Assembly: GCA_002633005.1 (NCBI GenBank)
Contig: NMRA01000146.1
Span: forward strand, 241,862-305,861
Direction of reading: 5' to 3'
Origin: Phoronis australis
Lineage: Eukaryota; Animalia; Phoronida
Length of the DNA stretch: 64,000 nt
Positions 36,410 through 50,444 of the stretch are shown piece by piece. The notes under the pieces are model-generated. The model made no database searches, was not told the origin of the DNA, and saw only the letters and a list, made by a program, of their open reading frames with translations. Both the position numbers and the translations under genes were made by a program. Position 1 is the stretch's first letter. Each line of letters starts with the position of its first letter.

Positions 36410-38759
36410 GTTGCCGAGAAGTGGCTGCTTGTGATCACAAAAGGTTGTTAGTTGATGGGGAATAAGACTGAAAAGTCTTTGCTTGAGTTTGGCTTAAGGG
36501 TTTGGCAAGTACATCTCGTCTCTTTATGTTGTGCCTTAGTCACATAAAGCTGAGACACGGTCATATCAGCCGACATTGGGAGCATTTGCTGGGTAAAAAT
36601 ACCCAATTGCTTCTGCTGATGGATCAGATAGGCCATGAGATGTGACCAAGGCATTAGGGAAAGGCAGTAGTGGAGTGTTCTGTTCATTTTTTGTCAATCA
36701 GCTCTTTTCGTCATGTTCACCGGTTGTGAAGATTTGCAAGTTTTCAGAGTATCCCCAGTTCTTTACTCACTCTTTTTATGAGGATTTTGACAATAGACAC
36801 CCGTCCTCAATTGGGCGTGCTCTTTAGTCTAGTAACTGATGTTTCAACTGGCAAGACACAGTGGGTGTTGCTTCAAACCCTAATAGCTCAAGGACAGAGC
36901 ACACATTTGACTGGTGTGTGTGTGTGTGTCTTTAGCCAAATGATAGCCCTATGATCTGAAGCATGGGGTATGTTTGGACCGCCTTATGCACTCTAGCACG
37001 ACTGTTCTTTTTGGGAATTGCATACTGCGCCCGATAGATGGCACACGCATGGTAGTAAATCAACACCAATACTTAATAAACACTCTGTCAGGTTGCAGCA
37101 TTGTAAGTAGCAAACAATAGATTACAACAAGTTGGGGGATTGACGACTGTGACTGAGCAGTGATGCTCAGACTACTGGTGAACGAAGATAGCGTTTTGAT
37201 TCAACTACTTAGCACTATGAAATTGGCCTCAACGTTTTCCTTACTCTCATGGGAATTGATTTTAGCTGTGTAGAGAACTCGGTGTTTGTTATTTCTCCAG
37301 ATTATGAATGGCTTATGAAAATGACGCCATAACAATTCACGTTGTACCATTTATTTTCTGGCAATAATGGAAAATTCCGTCCCTTTTCAAGACCAAAGTA
37401 CATTTATTTTGAATAAATAAGGAACAAATGCGGCCAATTTTCATTATGGTAAGTGGTCGAATTATTGTTTCCCTTGAATGAGGTGTGCTCTGATTTGTTA
37501 AGCTCTTCTTGTTTGTTTATCTTAGGTTGTATCTGACAGTATGCCATGTCATGTCGCGCTGTTGAGGTTTATTGTGATGCACGCAGTGATGTTGTTCCTA
37601 CATGTACTGCTAAGACAATGATGTTGTCCACGTCGTGTGGATATTTAGCCAACTTTAAATGCAGGGCTGCTTTTTGTGTGTAATATCTCACCAGTTTTAT
37701 CCGCTACGACAGCATGGATACAGCCACAGCTGATCTTTTGGGACTCTGTCTTGTCAATTTTGATCCGGAAAGTGATATAAGCACACTGATCTGTTTTGGT
37801 GATTTCAATTAATCCTCGTTCTGCATCGATCCAACTCGTCAGTGGAGCGATGACATCACCATTCGCTAAAAAACACTGAAACACTGTCACAGAACAGGCA
37901 TCGGGATTCTTGTTGCCAAGTCTTTTCCTACATGTGTCAAGTAACTCCATAAAGTGTAGGCTACTCTTAAGCTGTAACACACAAACATTTGCCCCAAACT
38001 TTTGTAGGATTTACTGGTATAGAACTTGTTTTGTTGAAGAGGAAAGTCTTATATAACTGTCGAGCTAGTGTAGAACCTTATCCACCCGTCTGCGTTTCGC
38101 TAAACATCTACAAAACTAGAAATCCACTCTAAAAGTAAACTTTTGCAGCCTCTTTATTAACCGTGCCTGGTTATAAATTTACATTCAGGTGTAGTCAACG
38201 GCTTTCCCGTTACAGTAACTTACTGCACTCCTTGATCAACGGATCCCAGGTCCACCTCCGCTGTATTTCTATTACATGACGCAAGGTTTGCTCAAGGACT
38301 GTCCCGTCACTGTCTTGTTGGACCAGCAACTCCACAGTCGCTGCATGTCCTCTATTTGACGCCTCGTGTAGGGTGTGTTACCAACGTCATCGGTGACGTT
38401 CACACCTTTCTAGTGTTGGAACATACAATCTGTGATGTGTATTCTACCATCCCATGTTGGGATCACAGCGCCTAGCTAACTCATCAATGACATTTACGGT
38501 GTCGTTCAGTAACTACTTCACTGTCCATAACTTGACACCAGGTGTAGTTACTGGGTGCCATGTCACCACCTTTGGTCCAACCCCCCACCCGCTGCATCTC
38601 TTAACGTCGCACCAATATGGTCAAACAGCATAAAGTTATCTTTCTTCAGCAGCCAGCCTGAACGTTCACCATAGCTGTATTTGCATTACATGACGGCAGG
38701 TCTTGTTGACGGATGCCTTTTCACCGTCCATGGATATCAACTAGCCCACTAGCTCCACA

Positions 38760-41700
38760 TGTTGTTAACTTGACACCAGTTGAAGTGTCGTGTTGCCATC
38801 CTTATCGGCAACATTCACGTTTTTATGGTGCTACAGACGACTCTGTAGCACTGTGTTCCCCCGTCCCATTATTCACAGAGGCTTTGTTGTTCAACAGTAC
38901 CTCCACTATGTGTGTAAGACATTACTGCTGTCGTATTCACGCCTCTTCCCCGTTCCCACACTGTCATGTCTACATCTGCATGAATAAGTAAACCTATCTC
39001 ACATGAAATCATTTTAATTTTGTCATTTAATCAAATTTTGGTGTAGAATCCCATAGCATAGCTACCCTGGTTATCTGCCCTGGCGATGGATAATTGCAGT
39101 TCACGCCTTATTAAGTTAACACTGTATTCTTCTCAGGTACCTGTTTTAAAACACTTTCAGTCTTGGGTAATATACACTTCAACAGTAGCTTTCCAGGATT
39201 TAGCACCTCTTTTACGCACTACCCGATTCCGGAATTTCACACAAGCGCCCGATCTTAGAAGACCCACAAACCCTCGCTTTCTTTTGATCTGGTGAATACA
39301 ACTCTACCTACCGCAACATCTACGCCACATACGATCATTGTAAAGTATCGTAAATCATGTTTGGACTGCCTTAGGTTCTTAATGTATATTTGTTTGCTCG
39401 TTGCACCACAGGTGTCGCCACTTCAGCTTTATACATAACGCTAGTCTGCACCAAAAAAGTTAAGCAACAACCCTAAACCAGAGTGCAACTACCTGAGTAA
39501 TCGGTCTTCAGCCGTCAAACCAATTTCTAATTGAACGTGGCGGTAGGCGTAGTTAACGGTTGGTATGGTGGAGCCTATGGTGATCAGGTGGTTCACCATC
39601 ACTGTATGTTGTTAACGTAACACCTGGTGTAGTGTCGCATTACTTCCCGTACTGGTGATATTCACATTTTCTGGAGTTGGAAGGAACATTCTATGGTGTG
39701 TGTAGCACCATTCCATTTTGCCAGGTGTACACGTTGTTACCGGCTGCGTGTTTTTAAGTTAACGCCAGTCAAGTTATCGTGTTGCCATCTTATTGGTAAT
39801 ATTCACATTTTTATGGTGTTGGAGGCAACACTGTAGCACTGTGTTCCCCCGTCCCAATATTCACATAGGCTTTATTGGTCAACATCACCTCCACTGTGTG
39901 TGTAAGACGTTAGTGGTGTCGTATTCACGTCACTTCCCCGTGCCCTCACCATCATGTCTACATCTGTATGAATAAGTAAACCTATCTGACGTGAAATCAT
40001 TTTAAGTTTGTTATTTAATCAGTTTGGTGTGGAATCCCATTTAATTGCTACACTGGTTTTCTGCCCTGGCGATGGATAGTTGCAGTTCACGCCTTAATTA
40101 GTTGTGGTATATCAATGCGTGTTGCGGCCAACAGATGGCGCGCTCGTGGTAGTAAATCAAAGAACACATGAATACTTTAACAATAGAATATGTCTATTAA
40201 TTTGCAGCGTTGTGAATTACAAACAATAGATTACATCGAGTTGTGAGACTGACGACTATTTGAATGAAACGATATATCGTTACAGGTGAAAGTATTACTC
40301 TACAGTGCCACCAGTTACCCGTAGCTACCGCACACGTTAATGCAATACAAGTGGCAACATGAACTGACCCTCTAAAACAATCACTAGACTGGTTCAAGTT
40401 GACTAACAGGCTGAGACCAACGCCTGTATTAAGTGTCTATACCTCGACTCCTTGATTTGACTTCGCTGAATTGATTTTCTCGCCTTCGCTGTCGACTTCT
40501 CCTGGAGATCAGGTCTGGGTTTGGTCTAGTGTCTCGGTTGTGGTCTGGTGTCGTGGCCTATTCGGATGTCATGGTCTCTGGTCTGATGTCGTGGTCTGAT
40601 TTTCCTTATGGCCAATGCCTTAAGTACTATTCTAGCTGGCATCATATGATGGGCCCATCTAGTGACAGTTGCACGTGACACTTGCATAAGTATTAATTAG
40701 TCTGAATGGAGCTTACTCAGCAAAATCAAATCACCTGACTATTGAAACAATTCTTGCATAACACCTGTGATAAGTTCTACTACAGTCAAAGATATGATTG
40801 CAATGCACTTTTAATTTTCGGAAACCTCAATTAAATGCAGAGTGCCTTGCCTCATTATATTACATAGTAAACTCTTTATTCTTTTCAGGTACCCGTTTTA
40901 AAGCACTTTCAGTCTCGGGTAATGTACACCTCAACAGTAGCTTTCCAGAATTCAGCACCTCTTTTACGCACTACCCGATTCCGGAATTCACACAAGCGCC
41001 CGATCTTACAAGCCCTAAAAACCCTCGGTTTCTTTTGTTCTGGTGAATACAACTCTACCTACTGCAACATCTACGCCACATACCATCATTGTAAAGTGTC
41101 GTAAATGATGTTTGGACTGCCTTAGGTTCTCACAGTATCTTTGTTTGCTCATTGCACCAAAGGTGTCGCCACTGTAGCTTTATACATAACACTAGTCTGC
41201 ACCTAAAACAGATAAGCATCAACCCTAAACCAGAGTGCAACTACCTGAGTAATCAGTCTTTAGCCCTCAAACTAATGTCTAATTGAACGTGGCGGCAGGC
41301 GAAGTTAACGGGTCATATGGTGGAGCCTATGGTGATCAAGTGGTTCACCACCACTGTATGTTGTTAACGTAACGCCAGGTGTAGTATCGCATTACTTCCC
41401 ATAGTGGTGATATTCACATTTTCTGGAGTTGGAGGAAACATTCTATGGTGTGTGTAGCACCATTCCATTTTGCCAGGTGTACACGTTGTTACCGGCTGCG
41501 TGTTTTTAAGTTAAGGCCAGTCAAATTATCGTGTTGCCATCTTATTGGTACCATTCACATTGTTATGGTGTTTCAGGCGACACTGTAGCACTGTGTTCCC
41601 CCGTCCCAATATTCACAGAGGCTTTATTGGTCAACAGCACCTCCACTGTGTGTGTAAGACGTTAGTGGTGTCGTATTCACGTCTCTTGCCCGTTCCCACA

Positions 41701-44400
41701 CCATCATGTCTACACCTGTATGAATAAGTAAACCTATCTGACGTGAAATCATTTTAAATTTGTTATTCAATCAGTTTGGTGTGGAATCCCATATCGTTGC
41801 TACACCGGTTTTCTGCCCTGGCGATGAATAATTGCAGTTCATGCCTTAATTAGTAAACACTGTATTCCTCTCAGGTACCCGTTTTACAATACTTTCAGTC
41901 TCGGGTAATGTACACCTCAGCAGTAGCTTTCCAGAATTCAGCACCTCTTTTTCCCACTACCCGATTCCGGAATTTCAGACAAGCGCCCGATCTTACAAGC
42001 CCCACAAACCCTCGCTTTCTTTTGTTCTGGTGAATACAACTCTACCTACTGCAACATCTACGCCACATATCATCATTGTAAAGTATCGTAAGTCATGTTT
42101 GAACTGCCTTAGGTTCTCAAAGTATCTTTGTTTGCTCATTGCACCAAAGGTGTCGCCACTGTAGCTTGATACATTACACTAGTCTGCACCAAAAACAGAT
42201 AAGCATCAACCCTAAACCAGAGTACGACTACCTGAGTAATCAGTCTTAAGCCGTCAAACTAATGTCTTAATTGAACGTGGCCGCAGGTGTAGTTAACGGT
42301 TGGTATGGTGGAGCCTATGGTGATCAAGTGGTTCACCACCACTGTATGTTGTTAACGTAACGCAAGGTGTTGTATCGCATTACTTCCCATAGTGGTGATA
42401 TTCACATTTTCTGGAGTTGGAGGAAACATTCTATGGTGTGTGTAGCACCATTCCATTTTGCCAGTTGTACACGTTGTTACCGGCTGCGTGTTTTTAAGTT
42501 AACGCCAGTCAAATTATCGTGTTGCCATCTTATTGGTAATATTCACATTGTTATGGTGTTTCAGGCGACACTGTAGCATTGTGTTCCCCCGTCCCAATAT
42601 TCACACTGGCTTTATTGGTCAACAACACCTCCACTGTGTGTGTAAGACGTTAGTGGTGTCGTATTCACGTCTCTTCCCCGTTCCCACACCATCATGTCTA
42701 CATCTGCATGAATAAGTAAACCTATCTTGACTTGAAATCATTTTAATTTTGTCATTTAATCAAAGTTCTGTTTGGAATCCCATATCATCGCTACACTGGT
42801 TTTCTGCCCTGCCGATGCATAATTGCACTTCAAGCCTTAATTAGTAAACACTATATTCTTCTCAGGTACCTGTTCTAAAACACTTTCAGTCTCGGGTAAT
42901 GTACACTTCAACAGTAGCTTTCCAGAATTCAGCACCTCTTTTGCGCACTACCCGATTCCGGAATTTCACACAAGTGCCCGATCTTACAAGCCCCACAAAC
43001 CCTCGCTTTCTTTTGTTCTGGTGAATGCAACTCTACCTACTGCAACCTCTACGCCTCATACCATCATTGTAAAGTATCGTAAATCATGTTTGAACTGCCT
43101 TAGGTTCTCAAAGTATCTTTGTTTGCTCATTGCACCAAAGGTGTCGCCACTGTAGCTTCATACATAACACTAGTCTGCACCTAAAACAGATGAGCATCAA
43201 CCCTAAACCAGAGTGCAACTACCTGAGTAATCAATCTTGAGCCCTCAAACTAATGTCTAATGCAACGTGGCGGCAGGCGAAGTTAACGGTTGGTATGGCG
43301 GAGCCTATGGTGATCAAGTGGTTCAGCACCAATTTATGTTGTTAACGTAACGCCTGGTGTAGTATCGCATTACTTCCCGTAGTGGTGATATTCACATTTT
43401 CTGGAGTTGGAGGAAACATTCTATGGTGTGTGTAGCACCATTCGATTTTGCCAGGTGTACACGTTGTTACCGGCTGCGTGTTTTTAAGTTAACGCCAGTC
43501 AAATTATCGTGTTGCCATCTTATCGGTAATATTCACATTGTTATGGTGTTTCAGGCGACACTGTAGCACTGTGTTCCCCAGTGCCAATATTCACAGAGGC
43601 TTTATTGGTCAACAACACCTCCACTGTGTGTGTAAGACGTTAGTGGTGTCGTATTCACGTCTCTTCCGTTCCCACACCATCGTGTCTACACCTGTATGAA
43701 TGAGTAACCTATCTGACGTGAAATCATTTCAAATTCGTTATTTAAACAGTTTGTTGTGGAATCCCATATCATTGCTACACTTTTTTTGCCCTGGCGATGG
43801 ATAATTGCAGTTCACGCCTCAATTAGTAAACACTGTATTCTTCTCAGATACCCGTTTTAAAACACTTTCAGTCTCGGGTAATGTACACCTCAACAGTAGC
43901 TTTCCAGAATGCAGTACCTTTTTTACGCAATACCCGATTCCGGAATTTCACGCAAGCGCCCGATCTTACAAGCCCTAAAAACCCTCGGTTTCTTTTGTTC
44001 TGGTGAATACAACTCTATCTACTGCAACATCTACGCCACATACCATCATAATAAAGTATCGTAAGTGATGTTTGGACTGCCTTAGGTTCTCAAAGTATCT
44101 TTGTTTGCTCATTGCACCAAAGGTGTCGCCACTGTAGCTTTATACATAACACTAGTCTGCACCTAAAACAGATAAGCATCAACCCTAAGCCAGAGTGCAA
44201 CTACCTGAGTAATCAGTCTTTGGCCGTCAAACTAATGTCTAATTGAACGTTAACGCCAGTCAAATTATCGTGTTGCCATCTTATTGGTGATATTCACATT
44301 TTTTTGGTGTTGGAGTCAACACTGTAGCACATTGTTCCCCCGTCCCAATATTCACACAGGCTTTATTGGTCAACAACTCCTTCACTGTGTGTGTAAGACG
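38760..44400. repeat. Tandem array of ~5 units of ~990 bp
   Basis: Marker ca(t/c)ctg(c/t)atgaat at ~38973, 39961, 41713, 42701 and 43690 gives a ~988-bp period; one interval is enlarged by the LTR insertion. The last unit has an internal deletion at ~44250. Confidence 0.95.
40103..40864. mobile_element. Solo LTR (Gypsy-like, family D), 762 bp
   Basis: tagt|TGTGGTATAT ... TATATTACA|tagt, with TG..CA ends and a 4-bp TSD. The empty site ccttaatTAGTaaac is present in the sister array units. Confidence 0.9.
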
Positions 44401-44999
44401 TTTGAATGAAACTATATATCGCTACCAGTGAAGGTACTATTCTACAGTGCAACCAGTTACCCGTAGCTACCGCACACGTTAATGCAATGCAAGTCGCGAC
44501 ATGAACCAACCCTCTAGAACAATCACTAGACCGGTTCGAATTGACTAACAGGCTGAGACCAATGCCCGTGTAAGTGTTTATACCTCGAGTTCTTCTGTTC
44601 GGCTTTCTAATTTCACTGAGTTGCTCGTCTGGCCTCTTTGCTTTGCAGTCTGTTATTGCTGAAGCCGATCTGGTCTAATGTCGTTATCTCGTGGTCTATT
44701 CTGATTTCCTGGTCTAATGCGGTTGTCTGATTCTCCTTGCTTGCCAATGTCTTAAATATTGTTCTAGCTGTCATCATAAGATGGGCCCAACTTGTGACAG
44801 TTACACAGTCAGAGTTCGCAAATGATACTTGCATAACGATTTGAAATTTGAACGATGCTTACTGAGCAATTTCAAATCAGATGACTATTGGAACAATTGT
44901 TGCATAACACCTGTGATAAGTTCTCCTAAAGACTCGCGGCACTTTTAAGTTTTTGAAAACCTCAATTAAACGTGGAGGGCATAGCCTCATTATATTACA
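44401..44999. mobile_element. Left-truncated family D LTR
   Basis: Colinear with 40260-40864 and ends in cctcattatattaca. Confidence 0.8.
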
Positions 45000-45434
45000 G
45001 TTGACATGAGCTTCGGTATCGAGCTACCTCGTCCGCGACATCCACTGTAGCGTTGTTGTTATCCAACCAACAACTTCAGTGTTACCTCACTTCCTTACCT
45101 TATCACAACTTATACGTCCGCTGTCATTCCATTGCACGAGTCCAGGTGTAGCCGCGTGTTGCCCTGGGTGACATTCACACCTTTCTCGTGTTGGAAGATA
45201 CACGCTGATGTGTGTTCTAGTATCCTAAGTTGGCGTGTCGAGCTGTCTCATCAGTGACACCCACTGTGACGTTGTTTCAACAAGCCACTTCACTGCCCGT
45301 GATGTGACGCCAGGTGTACAGCCTGCTATTGGCATTACATGGTGCCATGTGTAGTCAACGGCTTTCACGTTATTCCCTTCCGTGCTCAACAGGCCCATCT
45401 CTGATATGTGTCCATTACATGGCGGAAGACGTTG

Positions 45435-46390
45435 TTGTAATTCGTTGCGTAATGCGACTGATAGATGTCGTGCACGCTGTAGTAAATAAAACCAGACACA
45501 AATACTTGAACAAATAGTATACGTCTATTGATTTGCAGCTCCCTCTAAATCAATCACTAGACTGGTTCAAGTTGACTAAAATGTTGAGACCAACGCCAGC
45601 ATTAAAGTGTCTATACCTTTGGATATATCTTTGTAACTCGCAACTTCACCTTCTGAGGTTGAGCCGTTTCGATTTGCAAGGCAGTGATTTGCTCCTGTGG
45701 TCTGGTGGCGAGTCTGCCGTCGCGGTCTATTGTAGGTCTGATCTGGTTCCTGCGGTCTAATGTCGTGGTGACATGCGGTCTGACTCTGCCTCGAGAGCCA
45801 GCGCCTTATATACTATTCTAGTTAACATCATGCTACGTTCCCATCTCGTGACGATTAAATCTCACGAGCATTTTACAACTTAGCGAATCAAAAACAAGGC
45901 AAGTCGTCAGCCTCTAAAGGATAATTAAAACAAGTTAAAAGAATACTTCACAGCTGAATTCTAACATGAATATAAGATAACACAACTACTTATACTTGCT
46001 AAACCCTACCCTGGGCTGCCGATTTCAGACTTTGATACATTCAGTCCGTACAAACCGTTTGTGTCCTTTGCTTTTGCTCTGATATGCCCCATTCAGAAGA
46101 TTGAAGGCAAGAACAGCATCTGGTAAAAACATGTCAGGTTTGTGACACTTCTTATTCAAGGCATCATAGTCACAAATAAATTCACTAATCAAATGACCGT
46201 CATTATGAAGAAAGGTACCTTGCGCTCTGTTAAATATATCTTATCTAGTTCTTCCACTAGTTTAACAAGACCGTCCTTTTTCTCCAGTTCCTCGCAGTTC
46301 AGTTTCCCGTGCTCTCCCTAAACCTCTAGATCAATCACTTGACTGATCAAATTAGAACTTCTTGGAGGGCGTAGCCTCATTATAGGGATA
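45435..46390. mobile_element. Diverged family D LTR-like copy
   Basis: Left blocks (gatagatg..gtagtaaat; aatcactagactggttcaagttgactaa) and a right-end block (ggagggcgtagcctcattata at ~46362-46384) match family D. Confidence 0.6.
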
Positions 46391-48358
46391 ATAAACCCTA
46401 CTTTAAGCAATATACAAATTTGTATCGTGTTTAGACCACTAAGATATTTGATACAAACCAATACTCTGTTATCCTGATCGACCATGAAGGGATTGTGACA
46501 AGTTCTATAACTTTATGCTCGGTGAAGCGTGACTGTGTGACTGTTAATTCACGGTGATGGTGATCTCCCCACACATTCTACCACGGTGTTTGGTCTGTGG
46601 CACACTGACGGTGTAAGGGTTAATTCACGGTTTTGTTTCTTGGGGGAAGTACTACTTGCAGGGGACTGAGTTGCAGAATTGGACTTGGTTGAGATCACAG
46701 AAACGGGATTTTCCTCCTTTGAAGTGATTAGTTTCGTCTTTGCTTTGTAAGTTAGTTTCCGTGATTATGTTCCTTACTACGAAATGTCACCTGTTTATTG
46801 ATGCACTTTTGGCAAGTATGTTATGTATTTGACTGTTCTGTCGTTGCTTATTGACTTTAATAAAAACTACGTACATCTTACTTTGCGTCCATCTCCATCA
46901 TATTAAACTTGCATTTACACCCAGGCGGGTTTAGGGGTCTAAATGAAACAATAAGAAACGGCGTCACTGTTGCCATTGGATCATACACACGGTCGTTTTT
47001 TCTTCGAAAACTGGTGAACCAGTTGCACGCAGTATATTCATCAAAAACGTTAAACATGCTTGTGCGTCGAACCAGTTACATGTACCGAAAGCCCGTTTCA
47101 GAAGAGCGATATATTTCCTGGAAAACTTGCGACTTCGATTTTATGTTCGAAAGAGCATGAGATCGGCTGATACCAGACTTTACAAGCCATATAAATAAAG
47201 ACTGTCTTCGCTCCAGAATTGTGTTTCAATGTCAACGCGGCACTACGGTGCTTGGGAATTAGGGATTACTAGACAACCATTTGTTTATGTCAACTATGAG
47301 ATGAATACCATAAAATCTAACTAAATAAGCACTTTTTGTGCTTAATAGTAGCGGATTTTGCAGACAGGGGAGTGGATACGGGCATCAGGCTCGAGTACTC
47401 GAAGAATCGGACAATGAATTCAATCTCCCAATAAGCGAACTTCCGTTCTTTCTTGAGGCCTTCTTGATCTTGACCCACTTGCACCGCAGACGTACATGTA
47501 ATTATGTGAGACACTGCCAACTGTGCTATGGATAGCTCATCACATTGGTTGCAGTGTAGGACTTTCCATAAAAGTTAAGAAATAAATGTTTTTCTTCAGA
47601 AAGTATAAGTTAGTAATCCTGGTGCATGTAGTGTACCGTAAACAAGGATCATCGGAACACATGTTTACGATTTTTATGTTACTAAAGATTTCGGAAAATA
47701 ACAGTATCCCGGAAAATAACAGTATTCATTAAAAGAATGTTGGTTTGGACACCTGTTGCATAATTGTCAACATTCAAGAACAAAAAAACGGAACAAAGGG
47801 ATTGAATAGAGCGGGACATCTGGTTCTAAGCCAAAACGTAAGGGTGAAATGTTCGCTGCAACACTCAAAAACGTACCGACAGGTTTTTTTGACGATCGGG
47901 AGATGCAACTCCCAAAACTGCCCGACAGCGCTTTCTGCTGCTTTTTAAAAGTTGAATGTAAAAATTTGCGGGTGCTGTTAAAACCCATGAATGGTACCGT
48001 TTTTTAGTCGTGCGGCTTAATATGGCTACGTCGCGTGGAAAGTTATTATAGTAATATGATGAAATGTCAATTTTGACTTCTGTCAAAAAGCGTAACATGT
48101 GGCAGAATGTCGGACAGTCAGCCAAAAGTGGAGCAATTGGCAAATACACTGCAACACGAAGTACTGGATTGGGTTCTTTGACAACGTATACTTTTCATGT
48201 CTTAATATTTTTCGCGGGTAGTGGTAAATACTTCAGATAACAGTAGAATTACTTCTCAGAAATCCAGTCAACAATAAAACCGCAACTGGGCACTAACAGG
48301 TAAGAATTGCACCAAAACTTATTATAATACAAACATTTTGAAAATATTGCTAATATGC

Positions 48359-48366
48359 GCACACGC

Positions 48367-48427
<61 letters not shown>
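48359..48427. repeat. (CA)n microsatellite
   Basis: Long CA run, seen directly. Confidence 0.97.
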
Positions 48428-48430
<3 letters not shown>

Positions 48431-50302
48431 ACTTGGCTAAGCAAGTATTTTTCGAAAGTTATTTTAATAACTTTCGAAAAATACTTGCTTAAAGGCCTAA
48501 ACTTTTCATCTTGGCCAAATGTATGTCATAACTTCTTTCCGCAAAATACTTTAACATAATTTTAACACCCAAAAATGTCTAGTTACAAAAACTTCTCGAA
48601 AATGCATTGCTGGAACTCAAAGAATATCTGAGGCCAAACTACTCCCTGCATCCACCCAATGCCGCTGGTCTGGTTTCTAGACTAAATTTGCCGAGAAATC
48701 GCTAATTGTATGGAGCCGTGTGTCTAGAGTCTCGCTTGATGAACAATAATAACACAAAAATGAAGCAATGGAAATTGGTTTGATTAAATACAACTTTCTT
48801 TCGATTAAAATTCAGTCGAGCAGGCAGTCGGAAACTGTCAGTGCAAACTCTCGCGGATAGTCTCTGGTTCTTCAGGTCTGATAATAGAATACGTATAGGT
48901 CACGGCATGCATCACGATTTTTTTCCCGACCGGTCGGCTAGCAGTCGACGACAGGTCCATGCTGTTTAGAATAATACCCATTGCGTTTATAAAATGGAGT
49001 GATGTTTTAAAGATTCATGCTACACACATTAATTCAATACCGTTACGGAGATTCAGTCAACATTCGTTAACCGACCGTTAAAACTCGATCGTGTTTAAAT
49101 AGAAAGTTTCCTGTTTCGAAGATTCTGTTTTACAAACCCTTTACTTGGGAAGCGAAACTACAGACTGAACCGTTTTATATGTACGCAGGGGATAGCTAGC
49201 ACGCAAGTATCACTGAATTTTCCTCGGAATTTTTTTTTTACAACGGCGTTTGTGATTGGCTGGTCGAATTGGCTGGTCAACAGGCAGCCGCGCTTAACGC
49301 TAACAAACTGGCATGACCGACGGAGGAAGTGTAAATGTGGTGTGTTGCACAGACAAATCGGTGTTTATTTCATGTTCAAGAAATGTGAATTTCAGAAAAT
49401 TATGGTTGCGCCTTTCCGGAGAGCATCTCACTGTCGCTGAATTTTTGTTTACGTTGCTGTTCTGTATTCATACTATATGAATAACACACCAGTTAAATAG
49501 GTCTAATGTCTTTATTGTTAATGTATGTGCTTCAAGCACGTGACTATTAACCACTACTGCAAAGTCGACCTAGTTGCTGCTACGCCACTTTCACTCACAA
49601 GGCTCAAAATCGTTCATAGGCCGCCATTTTCTCAATTTGTTAAGAGGCTAACCAATGACTGCCGAATTGACATCAACCAACGACAAAGCGCGTGCTACTG
49701 CCAGCTACCTGCGTGCTGACTACCACCTAGCGGTACGCAGGGAACCAGCGAGAGTATTTCCATCCTCCTTTAGAATTGAGCAAATTTTTGATTAGTTACG
49801 GTATATTTGTTGTCCAACAATTGACTGGGTATTTCGAACTTACGAAATAGAAGCAAGGTGGATTTTTTCTCACTTCCATTGACTTTGTGGTACTGACTTC
49901 ACTTGCGCTCCGCCAGACGAGAGAACCTCTCGCGTAAATTCTAGAGCACGCGAGAGTTCACGATATTGATAAATTTTCCAAGTGAATCACGTGGTCACAC
50001 TAACTTCCTTCGCGGCCAGGTGAGTCAACTCGTTTCAGTAGGATTATATTTTTTCTACTATGCAACAGCTATCCGTGGACGGCACGATAGTGCACCTTTT
50101 TATACCTTAAAAATTAAAAGCATTTCGCTGCTGTTTAGTTGTCAATGTTGAATTCTAACCCTTACAAAAAATTAACTCGATTTTTGTCGACAACGTTTGC
50201 ATGACGATAAACGTAATTTTTGGAAGAGAGGAAATACTGAATTTTATGGATGAAAACGGCGTTTTAGGGGAGGAATAGACTTAAAGCTTTTACTTGAAGC
50301 AG

Positions 50303-50444
50303 GGCCCAGTTGCATAAAAGTTATACGCCATATAGAAATAATTACGTCGCATTATCACGCGTCATGTTGTTATTGTTGCACTTGACGTCATGCAACATTA
50401 ATACTTATCCAGCGGATAACTTTGAAGTTTTATGCAACCCAGCC
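50303..50444. mobile_element. PIF/Harbinger-like MITE; second copy at 63136-63287
   Basis: cag|GGCCCAGTTGCATAAAA...TTTTATGCAACCCAGCC|cag. The second copy is flanked by caa/caa. Both have 3-bp TSDs. Confidence 0.85.

Larger units (their letters stand above)
38180..45420 (-). pseudogene. Decayed ankyrin-repeat gene
   Basis: Minus-strand remnants with stops and frameshifts: KGVNVTDDVGNTP-LHEASNRGHAATVELLVQQ (~38315-38410); VNVADKDGNTTLQLVSS*QHVELVG*LI (~38735-38820); ENVNITSTGSNATLHQVLR*QHTVMVNHLITIG (~39572-39672); KGVNVTQGNTRLHL (~45142-45186). Confidence 0.85.

Noticed and set aside
39793-42715. Repeated 60-aa plus-strand ORFs suggesting a tandem small-peptide family
   Set aside because: They have non-ATG starts and are antisense shadows of the decayed ankyrin sequence.
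38760-44400. CRISPR-like or cassette array
   Set aside because: Whole units are homologous with no unique spacers, and the context is eukaryotic.
46421-46950. Possible additional solo LTR (TG...CA with AATAAA at ~46859)
   Set aside because: No target-site duplication or second copy found.
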